This document shows positions 38,339 through 46,895 of a stretch of DNA of 64,000 bases, one piece after another. The stretch comes from an uncultured Salipiger sp. Lineage in GTDB: Bacteria; Pseudomonadota; Alphaproteobacteria; Rhodobacterales; Rhodobacteraceae. Where the stretch lies: assembly GCA_964022595.1 (NCBI GenBank), contig CAXICP010000001.1, forward strand, positions 756 to 64,755, in the 5' to 3' direction. Position 1 is the stretch's first letter. Every line of letters begins with the position of its first letter. Made by a program: the position numbers and the translations under genes. The notes under the pieces are model-generated. The model was not told where the DNA came from, ran no database searches, and saw nothing but the letters and a program-made list of their open reading frames with translations.

Positions 38339-39180
38339 CCGTGATGCAGATGTCGATGTCCAACATCGCCTGGCTGCCGGATGAACGGCTTGCGGCCTAT
38401 GACGCGATGGCCAAGGCCGGGATGACCGGGCTGGAAATCGCGCCGGGGCTGTTCTTTCACGCCGCCGAGGACCCGTTTGCGCCCTCGGCCAGCGTCGCAG
38501 CGGCGGCGCTGGATGAAATCGCGGCGGCGGGGCTGTCGCTGGTGTCGATGCAATCGCTGCTGTTCGGGGTCGTCGGCGCAGAGGTATTCGGCGACGATGC
38601 CGCCCGCGCGGCGCTGCATGCGGGCATGGTCCGGGCCATCGATCTGGCCGGACGCTTCGGCATTCCCAACCTGGTGTTCGGCTCGCCCGGGCAGCGCCGC
38701 ATCCCCGAGGGCATGGCCCCGGGCGCCGCCCGCGACATCGCCGCGGCGCTGTTCCGCGATCTGGGCGCGCATGCCCAGGCCGCGGGCACGCGCATCGCGA
38801 TGGAAGCCAATCCCGCCGGCTACGGCACCAACTTTCTCAATACCCTGGAACAGACCGTTGATTTCGTGGCCTTCGTCGACCACCCTGCCATCGTTCCGAT
38901 CCTGGATCTGGGGGCGATGCGGATGAACGACAGCTTCAAGACGGTCCCGGACCGGGTGGCCGCGCTTGGGCCGCGGCTGAACCATGTGCATGTGAGCGAG
39001 CCGCAGCTTGCCCCGGCCCCCGCCCCGGACACCGACATCGCCCCGGTGCTGGCCGCGCTGAAGGCGTCGGGCTACGAGCGGGCAGTGTCGATCGAGATGA
39101 AGCGCGCGCCGGACGGGCTGGCCGGGGCAATCGCCGCCGCCGGGCGCCTGTCGGCGGCATGGCGGGAAAGCGGGCTGTGA
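38335..39180 (+). CDS. Sugar phosphate isomerase/epimerase (xylose-isomerase-like TIM barrel)
   Basis: SNIAW, GLEIAP, SMQSL, VFGSP..R, EANP..YG, D.G, HVHVSE, SIEM. Confidence 0.85.
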   Translation: MTVMQMSMSNIAWLPDERLAAYDAMAKAGMTGLEIAPGLFFHAAEDPFAPSASVAAAALDEIAAAGLSLVSMQSLLFGVVGAEVFGDDAARAALHAGMVRAIDLAGRFGIPNLVFGSPGQRRIPEGMAPGAARDIAAALFRDLGAHAQAAGTRIAMEANPAGYGTNFLNTLEQTVDFVAFVDHPAIVPILDLGAMRMNDSFKTVPDRVAALGPRLNHVHVSEPQLAPAPAPDTDIAPVLAALKASGYERAVSIEMKRAPDGLAGAIAAAGRLSAAWRESGL

Positions 39181-40208
39181 TGCCACAGGCAACAAGACGC
39201 GAAGACATCCTGGTATCGGTCTGCTTCAGCGACCTGTCGACGGATCCGGATACCTTTGCCGCGCTGCGCCGGCTGGCCGACCGGCTGGATGCCCGGTTCC
39301 GGTTCCGCGAGATCATCGTGGTGGCCGATGCCGCAACCCATGAATCCTATTTCCCGCTGGTGCAGGCCGTGCCGAACCTGCGCCTGCTGGCGGTGCAGCC
39401 GGGCTGCGGCTATTACGACAAGCGCATCGTGGCCGCCGAGGAAGCCATCGGCGACGTGGTGCTGCTGACCCGCAGCGAGGAAATCGCCTTTTTCGATCCC
39501 GTCGCCATGGTCGAACGGGCGGTGGCGGAAAACCGCGCCATCCTGGGGGTGCGCCCGCCCGCCGCGCTGGCCCGCCAGGGGCTGTGGGCGCCGGTGATCG
39601 TGCTGGGGCGGATGACCGGGTTCAAGGTGGGGCCGCGCGATCTGCAGACCATCGCGCTGCCGCGCACCATGCTCAACCAGTTGCTGGCCCATCCCAGCCC
39701 CGACCTTGCGCTGCGCTTTCCGCCGCGCGATCCGCGCTTTCCGCTGGCTTTCCTCGAGGCGTCGCAGGGCATCGCGCAAAGCCGCGGCAGCACCATGGTG
39801 CAGCGGATGCAGCTGGTGCAGAAACTGTTGATCCACCTGGCCCCGGGGCTGCTGACGGCGGTGACGATCACGGCCTCGCTGCTGGCGCTGCTGGGGGTGT
39901 TCTTCGTGGTCTACGTGCTGGTGGCCTGGGTGGTGGTCGACGACCTGGCGCCGGGCTGGCTGACCACGTCGATGATGCTGAGCCTGACGGCGATCTTCCT
40001 GGGGGTGTCGATCCTGGGGCTCAGCCTGGGGTTGCAGCAGATCGTCGGGCGGCAGGGCCACGGCGCGCTTGGCAACCTTGCCCGCGAGGTGAACCGGATC
40101 GACCTGTTCGGCCAGGTGGCATCGGACCTGAACGTCGATCACGAGGGCCTGCCCCCGCAGCCTGCCCTGCCAGCCGGGGAAAAGGCCGATGCCCGCCAGC
40201 ATGGATGA
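39180..40208 (+). CDS. Degenerate GtrB/ArnC-like membrane protein (GT2 fold without catalytic motifs)
   Basis: EIIVVADA and IGDVVLL align to the GT2 scaffold but DDGS and DxD are missing; two C-terminal TMs with PGW.T loop. Confidence 0.6.
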   Translation: MPQATRREDILVSVCFSDLSTDPDTFAALRRLADRLDARFRFREIIVVADAATHESYFPLVQAVPNLRLLAVQPGCGYYDKRIVAAEEAIGDVVLLTRSEEIAFFDPVAMVERAVAENRAILGVRPPAALARQGLWAPVIVLGRMTGFKVGPRDLQTIALPRTMLNQLLAHPSPDLALRFPPRDPRFPLAFLEASQGIAQSRGSTMVQRMQLVQKLLIHLAPGLLTAVTITASLLALLGVFFVVYVLVAWVVVDDLAPGWLTTSMMLSLTAIFLGVSILGLSLGLQQIVGRQGHGALGNLAREVNRIDLFGQVASDLNVDHEGLPPQPALPAGEKADARQHG

Positions 40209-41340
40209 CGCCGATTTCCTGGTGATCGGGGGGGGCTTTTACGGCTGCTGCCTGGCGCTGTTCCTGGCGTCGGTGTCCAGCCGGGTGACCCTTGTGGAAG
40301 CGGGCGACCGGCTGCTGAACCGCGCCTCGCGGGTGAACCAGGCGCGCATCCACACCGGGTTTCACTATCCGCGCTCGGCGCTGACGGCGGTCAAGTCCAT
40401 GGTGCTGCACCGCCGCTTTCTCGAGGATTTCCCCGAAGCCGCTGTCAGCGATTTCCAGATGCTTTACGCCATCGCGCGGCGCGGATCGAAGGTGCCCGCC
40501 AAGCGGTTCCACCGGATGTTCCGCGACATCGGCGCGCCGATCGAACCGGCGCTGCCCAGCCAGGCGGCGCTGTTCGATCCAGGCCGCATCGAGGCGGTGT
40601 TCGCCTGCCGCGAAGCCGCCTTTGACTATTCCGTGCTGGCCCGCCAGCTTGAAGAACGCTTGCGCCGCGCCGGGGTCGACCTGCGCCTTGGCACCGAGGT
40701 CACGGGGCTGCGCGACACCGACAGCGGCGTGCTGGCCGAACTGTCCGGCGCCGGCACCCTGCGCGCGGGGCAGGCGTTCAACGTCACCTATGCGCAGGTC
40801 AACGCGGTGCTGGACCGCGCCGGGCTGCCGCGCGCCCAGCTCAAGCACGAGCTGGCCGAGATCGCGCTGGTCGCGCCTCCGCCCGAAATGGACCGGATCG
40901 GCGTCACGGTGATGGACGGGCCGTTCTTTTCCTGCATGCCCTACCCGTCCGAGGGGCTCTATTCGCTGACCCATGTGCGCTATACGCCCCATGACAGCTG
41001 GGTCGATGGCGGCCCGCAGGGCGATGCCTACGGCCATTTCGCGCGGCAACGCCCCGAAAGCCGCGTGGCCCACATGATCCGCGACGCGCAGCGTTACATG
41101 CCCTGCCTTGCCGGGGCCGAATACCGCCGGTCGCTGTTCGACGTGAAGACCGTGCTGCTCAAGAACGAAGACGACGACGGGCGCCCGATCCTGTACCAGC
41201 GCAAGCCCGAGGGCAGCCGCGTGGTGTCGATCCTGGGCGGCAAGATCGACAATATCTACGATCTGTTCGACCTGGCCCGCGCCACCACGCCGGGCCTGGC
41301 CGGGGCCAGCGATGCGCTGGTGCTGGGAAAGGCGGTCTAG
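40189..41340 (+). CDS. FAD-dependent oxidoreductase
   Basis: VIGGGFYG, ASRVNQARIHTGFHYPRS, TVMDGPF, GGKID. Confidence 0.88.
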   Translation: MPASMDDADFLVIGGGFYGCCLALFLASVSSRVTLVEAGDRLLNRASRVNQARIHTGFHYPRSALTAVKSMVLHRRFLEDFPEAAVSDFQMLYAIARRGSKVPAKRFHRMFRDIGAPIEPALPSQAALFDPGRIEAVFACREAAFDYSVLARQLEERLRRAGVDLRLGTEVTGLRDTDSGVLAELSGAGTLRAGQAFNVTYAQVNAVLDRAGLPRAQLKHELAEIALVAPPPEMDRIGVTVMDGPFFSCMPYPSEGLYSLTHVRYTPHDSWVDGGPQGDAYGHFARQRPESRVAHMIRDAQRYMPCLAGAEYRRSLFDVKTVLLKNEDDDGRPILYQRKPEGSRVVSILGGKIDNIYDLFDLARATTPGLAGASDALVLGKAV

Positions 41341-41739
41341 ATGGAAATCCTGCGCTTTTTCGGGGTCTCGGTGCTGGGCGTGGTGATCGACCTGGCGATC
41401 GCCTGGTCGGCGGCGCAGCTGCTGGGGCTGCCGCTGTGGCTGGCGGCGGCCATCGGCTTTGCGCTGGCGGCGGGGGGCAATTACGCGCTGCACGAACGCT
41501 GGACCTTCCGGCGCGAGGGCGCCGCCCTGTCGCGCCGGCGCGGGGTGCAGTACCTGGCCGTGTCGGTGGTGACCTTGCTGACGCGGCTTGCGGTGGTGAT
41601 CGCGCTGGAACGCGCCCTTGGCGGGGACTGGCCGCTGGCCATCCTGATCGCGGGGGCGGGCGTGTCGTTCTTCGTCAATTTCTTCCTCAGCAAGTTCCTG
41701 GTCTTTGCCGGACCGGACCCGAAACGGACCCAATCATGA
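41341..41739 (+). CDS. GtrA-family lipid-linked sugar flippase
   Basis: 132 aa, four TMs, RFFGVS, NY.L..RWTF, NF.LSKF.VF. Confidence 0.88.
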   Translation: MEILRFFGVSVLGVVIDLAIAWSAAQLLGLPLWLAAAIGFALAAGGNYALHERWTFRREGAALSRRRGVQYLAVSVVTLLTRLAVVIALERALGGDWPLAILIAGAGVSFFVNFFLSKFLVFAGPDPKRTQS

Positions 41740-42539
41740 CCCAGCCCCCCGCCCCCCTTGATGACAGCAGCTGGCAGCTTCCGGCCAGCACCGCGGCCGT
41801 CCTGTCCGACAAGCGCCACGCCCATGCGCTGGTGATCCCGGTCATCAACGAGGGCGAGCGCATCCGCGGCCAGTTGCAGCGCATCCATGACGCGGGCCTG
41901 CCGGTGGACGTGGTGATCGCCGATGGCGGTTCGACCGACGGCTCGCTGGCCGAGGATCACCTGCGCGCCACCGGCGTGCGCGCGCTGCTGACCAAGACCG
42001 GCCCCGGCAAGCTGAGCGCGCAGCTGCGCATGGCCTATGCCTGGTGCCTCAAGCAGGGCTATGACGGCATCGTCACCATCGACGGCAACGGCAAGGACGG
42101 GGTCGAGGCGGTGACGCAGATGGTCGACCGGCTGACCGAAGGCTATGATTACGTGCAGGGGTCGCGCTACATGCCCGGCGGGCTGGCCGAACACACCCCG
42201 CTGGAACGCACGCTGGCCAATCGCGGCATCCACGCCCCCGTGCTCAGCCTGTCCGGGCGGCACTGGTTCACCGACACCACCAACGGCTTTCGCGGCTATT
42301 CGCGGCGCTACCTGCTGGACCCCCGGGTGCAACCTTTCCGTGACATATTCGACCGTTACGAGCTGTTGTTCTACCTGACGGTGCGCGCCGGGCAGATCGG
42401 CATGAAGGTCTGCCAGGTGCCGGTGCAGCGCCGCTATCCGCCCAATGCCGCCGTGCCCACCAAGATCGACGGTCTGCCCGGCAAGATCTCGATGCTGGGG
42501 CAGACCTTTGCCGCGGCCCTGGGGCGGTTCGCCCCCTAG
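41736..42539 (+). CDS. Polyprenol-phosphate glycosyltransferase (GT2, DPM-synthase-like, no TM)
   Basis: IPVINEG, DGGSTDGS, IDGNGKD, VQGSRY, TDTTNGFR. Confidence 0.88.
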   Translation: MTQPPAPLDDSSWQLPASTAAVLSDKRHAHALVIPVINEGERIRGQLQRIHDAGLPVDVVIADGGSTDGSLAEDHLRATGVRALLTKTGPGKLSAQLRMAYAWCLKQGYDGIVTIDGNGKDGVEAVTQMVDRLTEGYDYVQGSRYMPGGLAEHTPLERTLANRGIHAPVLSLSGRHWFTDTTNGFRGYSRRYLLDPRVQPFRDIFDRYELLFYLTVRAGQIGMKVCQVPVQRRYPPNAAVPTKIDGLPGKISMLGQTFAAALGRFAP

Positions 42540-42566
42540 ACCTGCCCGCCCCTTCGGAGAGCCCCC

Positions 42567-44201
42567 ATGCCCCAGGATGACACCGCCCGCCCCGCTTCGC
42601 CCCTGCCCTGGCCGGTCGGCCTGCTGATCCTGGCGCTGGTGCTGGTCTTCGGGGCGGTCCAGCTGGCCTACTGGACCGACCGGGGCATCTGGATCGACGA
42701 GATCTCGCAGTTGCTCAACTACCCGCTGGACAGCCTGGCGCAGGCCTTCGGCCCCCTGCCCGAGGCGCAGCAGGCCGCGCCGCCCCTGTTCAACCTGCTT
42801 TTCCACGCGGTTTCCGGGCTGCCGGTGCAGGGCATGCGGATCATCATGGCAGGGCTGACCCTGGCCATCGTGCTGGTGGCGCTGATCGGGGCCTTCGGGC
42901 GGCGCCCGCTGCCGCTGGCGGCGGCGCTGCTGGTGCTGCTGGGCAGCCACGGCTTCCTGCTCATGGCCACCGATCTGAAATTCTATGCCTTCGACATCGC
43001 CGGGTTCGCCGTGCTGGCCGCCTGGCTGCTGGCCCGCGATCGCGCCCGCGCCTTTGGCCCGGCGGATGCGGCGCTGGTCGTCGCGGGCATGCTGCTTGGG
43101 GTGTCCACCATCGTGGGCGGCTGCATCGCGGTGGCGGTCTTTCTGGGGCTGCGCCTGCGGCAGCACCGCCCCGGCGCGGGGGAACTGGCGCTGGCCGCGC
43201 TGGTGGTGGCGGTGGCCTTTGCCTACTACCTGCAGATCAGCCACGCAACCGAGATCCAGATCGCGTCCTTTCCCGATGCCTACGGCGGGCTTTACCTGCG
43301 GGCGGTGCTGCGGTTCCTGCAGGCGGGCTACAAGCTGTTCGGGATCGAAGGCGCCCTTGTGCTGCTGGTGCTGGGCGCCGTGGTGATCCTGGCGCTGCTG
43401 CGCCTGCGGGGGGATGCGCGCGCGCGGCTTGCGGGGCTGCTTGTCTTCGGGGTGGCGGTGTCGGCGGTGTTCACCGGGCTTGCGGCGATCGGGAAATACC
43501 CCGCGTCCAGCGATCGCCACGTGGCCTGGATGCTGGGCATCTGCGCCGTGCTGGCGGGCGCGGCGACCGAGGCCGCGCTGCACCCGGCCATGCGCCGCCT
43601 TGCCCCCGTGACCGCGGCGCTGCTGGCGCTGGCGCTGGTCGGCCCCGCCCTGCGGGACGCGGCAAGCTGGCCCGCCCCCGTCGAAGAAGGCGCGGCCGAG
43701 GACCTGGTCGCGACCCTCGCCGACATGCCGCCCTCTGACGTGCTGCTGTATTACGGCGCCCTGCGGCTGGTGCCGCTGGAACTGGACCGGGGCGCGCCGA
43801 TTGCGCAGCACCGCTATGCGCCGCTGCTGTCGACCCGCAGCAGCATGGTCGATCCGTCCTATTTCGACCGCACGTGGATGGACATGGACGACGACAGCTT
43901 TTCGCGCGCGGTGACGAAGATGTTGCGCGATGACCCGGATGCCTGGGCCAAGATGGTCATCCTGCTGCGCCTGAAAGAGGATTTCCGCCCCCTGGCGCGG
44001 TTCGTTCTGGATGCCGCGCCGGGCGGGGGGGTGCCCTTTCACGTCGCGGCGATCCACGTGCCTTGGGATGAATCGCGCACCGAGATGCGCGCGCGCGGCC
44101 TGATGCAGGTGCTGGACGAGCGCGGCTGCGCCTATGCGCCGCTGGCCACCTACCCGCAACCGCGCAGCCCCGGTTTCGTGCTCGACGTCACCTGCCCCTG
44201 A
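42567..44201 (+). CDS. Putative GT-C fold membrane glycosyltransferase (GtrC/PMT-like)
   Basis: IWIDE after TM1, APPLF loop, K.YAFD, about 11 TMs and periplasmic C-terminal domain; ends the gtrA/gtrB operon. Confidence 0.72.
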   Translation: MPQDDTARPASPLPWPVGLLILALVLVFGAVQLAYWTDRGIWIDEISQLLNYPLDSLAQAFGPLPEAQQAAPPLFNLLFHAVSGLPVQGMRIIMAGLTLAIVLVALIGAFGRRPLPLAAALLVLLGSHGFLLMATDLKFYAFDIAGFAVLAAWLLARDRARAFGPADAALVVAGMLLGVSTIVGGCIAVAVFLGLRLRQHRPGAGELALAALVVAVAFAYYLQISHATEIQIASFPDAYGGLYLRAVLRFLQAGYKLFGIEGALVLLVLGAVVILALLRLRGDARARLAGLLVFGVAVSAVFTGLAAIGKYPASSDRHVAWMLGICAVLAGAATEAALHPAMRRLAPVTAALLALALVGPALRDAASWPAPVEEGAAEDLVATLADMPPSDVLLYYGALRLVPLELDRGAPIAQHRYAPLLSTRSSMVDPSYFDRTWMDMDDDSFSRAVTKMLRDDPDAWAKMVILLRLKEDFRPLARFVLDAAPGGGVPFHVAAIHVPWDESRTEMRARGLMQVLDERGCAYAPLATYPQPRSPGFVLDVTCP

Positions 44202-44244
44202 TCTGGTCCAGACTTGGCCCAGACTTGACCCTGTCTGGCGCCGG

Positions 44245-45159
44245 CTATCCCGCGCCGGGGTCCAACCGGGCGCTGCAGGCCGCGATCGCCCGGGCCAGCG
44301 CCCTTTGCCCTTCGGCCGAGGGATGGATCGGGTCCCGGTATGCGGTTTCGGCCGGAATGAACGGGGCCTCGTCGATCACCGTCGCATCACCGGCCGCATC
44401 GCGAAGCGCGAAAAACCCCGGCATGCGCTTTTCGGCCCGGTATTCGTCGCGGTTGGGGTGCAACACGATGCAGACGGGCACCGGAAGCGCGGCGATCGCG
44501 CGCACGGCGTCCAGCGCGCTGGCGGCAATCGGGGCGGTTTCGGAAGGCGGCGGCTCGTCCTGGCCGGCCCCGCCGCCCGCGCCGCCCGCGCCGAAGCGCG
44601 GCAGGTACCTTGGAAGATAGCGCAAGGCGGCCTCGGTCAGGGCAAGCAGCGGCCTGGCCTGCGGATGCGTCGCCGGGTCCAACGGCTGGAAGCCGGGCAC
44701 GTCGCCCGCGTCGTGGCTTGACAGGACCACCACGACGAGATCCGCATCGAACAACCCGAACCTGTCCAGATAGGCGCGCATGTTCTGCGGCCCCCAGCTG
44801 CCGGCAGACGCATTGAGCACCCGGATGCCGTCTTGCGTCAGCAGCGAGGTGGCAAGTTCGGACTGGTCGGTCAGGCTGCCGCCATTCAGGACGGAATCCC
44901 CGATCGCCAGCACGCGGAATTCGCCGTCGGGCTTTGCCGGCGGGATGTCTTCGCTTCTCATGCCGTAGGGGTTGAACCGCTGGCGGTTCCCGAAACGCAT
45001 CACGTCCTGGTCCGGGGCGAACATGTATTCGATATCCGGGTCGGACACGTAAAGAGGCGGCGTTCCAAGCCCCAACCCGATCCGGGCATAAAGTTCCAGC
45101 GCCACCAGGGCGCCAAGCACAGCCGCCGCACCCAGGGCAACCTTGCCGCTACTGCGCAT
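44245..45159 (-). CDS. Membrane-anchored SGNH/GDSL hydrolase-like protein
   Basis: LELYAR anchor, RVLAIGDS, NASAGSWG, DPIHPS..G. Confidence 0.8.
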   Translation of the reverse strand: MRSSGKVALGAAAVLGALVALELYARIGLGLGTPPLYVSDPDIEYMFAPDQDVMRFGNRQRFNPYGMRSEDIPPAKPDGEFRVLAIGDSVLNGGSLTDQSELATSLLTQDGIRVLNASAGSWGPQNMRAYLDRFGLFDADLVVVVLSSHDAGDVPGFQPLDPATHPQARPLLALTEAALRYLPRYLPRFGAGGAGGGAGQDEPPPSETAPIAASALDAVRAIAALPVPVCIVLHPNRDEYRAEKRMPGFFALRDAAGDATVIDEAPFIPAETAYRDPIHPSAEGQRALARAIAACSARLDPGAG

Positions 45160-45470
45160 GTGATGTCCGCCTTTCTGCCGAAGACGCGGCCAGGGCCCGG
45201 CAAGCCGCCGCCAAAAGCGGGCCGCAGCCCGGGAACACGCATAGGGCCAGCCCGCGCGCAAGGTCAACCGCGATGCGGGCGGACCCGGCCCGGTTTGCGC
45301 GGGGCTGCCGCAGAATGCGCCGTTTTTGCCCCGGCCCGGGGGCCGGCGCCCGGGCCGCACTGGCATGCGCAGCCGATCGTGATAGGGTGCACCTGGCCCG
45401 GCCCCGCCCCGGCTGCGCATGCGCATTTCCGCCCACCGGACCCCGGACACGTCCACAGACCCGAGCCGCG

Positions 45471-46895
45471 ATGATCCCCTTCTACCTTCTCAATTGCCTT
45501 GCCCTGGTGGTCGTCTTCGATGCCGGAGACGCGCATCCCTTCGCCTCGGCGCTGCTGGCGGCAAGCTTCCTGGTGTCGCTGGCCTGTTTCACCCACGCGG
45601 TGTTTGCCCGCAGCCTTTCGGCGACAAGCTTTGCCTACCTGCTTTATGCCACCTACGGGTTCATCCTGGCCGGGCTGATGCAGGTGCGCAGCGACAGGTT
45701 CTACTGGATCAACAACGCGGTGCGGCGCGAATACATCCCCGATGCGGCGGTGATCGTGCTGCTGTCGACGGTGGCCTTTGCCCTGGGCTATTTCTGCCGG
45801 GTCGCCAGCCGCCCCGCGCCGGTGGAAACGCCCCTGGCCCAGGTTCCGGCGGCGCAGCGCGCCCGCATCGCGCGGGCGACCTTCATCGTCTGCCTGCTGA
45901 CCTTTGCCTACCTGCTGATGGGGCTGCGCAGCTACGGGGTGCCGGCCTTCATCGGCACGCGCTACACCACCGGGGTGGCGCTGCTTGCGGCGGGCGGCAA
46001 CACCGCGTCCTACGGGCTGGTCTTCACGCTGACGCGGGGCATGGCCATCGCCTCGATGGTGATCGCGGGCTATGTGCTGCTGCGGCTGCGCATCCGCAAC
46101 AACTGGACCCTGGCCGCCATGGCGCTGGCTTGCGTCACGCTGTGCATCGCCAATTTCCCGCCCGCCCTGCCCCGGTTCTGGCTGATCGCCACTGTGCTTG
46201 CGGTGCTGATGAGCACCGCCAAGGGCTGGTTCCTGCGCTGGAAGACGGTGCTGTTCGCCGCCGCGCCGCTGCTGATGTTCGGCCTGTTCCCGTTCCTGCA
46301 GGCCTATAACCGGCGCACCGAAAGCGTCAATCTGGACGTGTCCTTCACCTCGCCGCTCGAGGGCATGATGCATGGCGATTACGACGGCCTGCAGGCGCTG
46401 GTGAACGTGTTCGGCCTGGTGGCGCAGGAAGGGGTGACGCTTGGCGGCCGGCTGCTGTCGGCGCTGCTGTTCTTCGTGCCGCGGTCGGTCTGGCCGGGCA
46501 AGCACGAACACACCGGATCGGAAGCCGCCGAAACGGCGGGCTTTGATTATTTCAACATCAGCGCGCCGTTGCCGTCCGAGCTGTTCGCCGATTTCCATTA
46601 CGTCGGGGCGATCGGAGGAATGCTGCTGTTCGGCTGGATGCTTCGGGCGCTGGACGATGGCTATGACGAGGCGCGCCGGCCGGTGATCAGCATGATGGCG
46701 GTGATCCTGGCCGGGTTCGCACCGATCATCGGGCGCGGCCCGCTGCTGGGGGTGATCGCGGCGCCGGCCTCGGCGCTGTTCCTGGTGGGGCTGTGGTGGG
46801 CCCTGTCGCGGATCGTGCTGACCCGCCGGACCGCCCCCGCCCCGCGCCGCCGCCCCGGGCCGGCGCGCGCGCGCGCCGTGGACCGGCGCCCGTGA
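45471..46895 (+). CDS. wzy: Wzy polysaccharide polymerase
   Basis: About 11 TMs; FFVPRSVWPGK and SELFADF..VG motifs; same operon as wzx. Confidence 0.75.
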   Translation: MIPFYLLNCLALVVVFDAGDAHPFASALLAASFLVSLACFTHAVFARSLSATSFAYLLYATYGFILAGLMQVRSDRFYWINNAVRREYIPDAAVIVLLSTVAFALGYFCRVASRPAPVETPLAQVPAAQRARIARATFIVCLLTFAYLLMGLRSYGVPAFIGTRYTTGVALLAAGGNTASYGLVFTLTRGMAIASMVIAGYVLLRLRIRNNWTLAAMALACVTLCIANFPPALPRFWLIATVLAVLMSTAKGWFLRWKTVLFAAAPLLMFGLFPFLQAYNRRTESVNLDVSFTSPLEGMMHGDYDGLQALVNVFGLVAQEGVTLGGRLLSALLFFVPRSVWPGKHEHTGSEAAETAGFDYFNISAPLPSELFADFHYVGAIGGMLLFGWMLRALDDGYDEARRPVISMMAVILAGFAPIIGRGPLLGVIAAPASALFLVGLWWALSRIVLTRRTAPAPRRRPGPARARAVDRRP

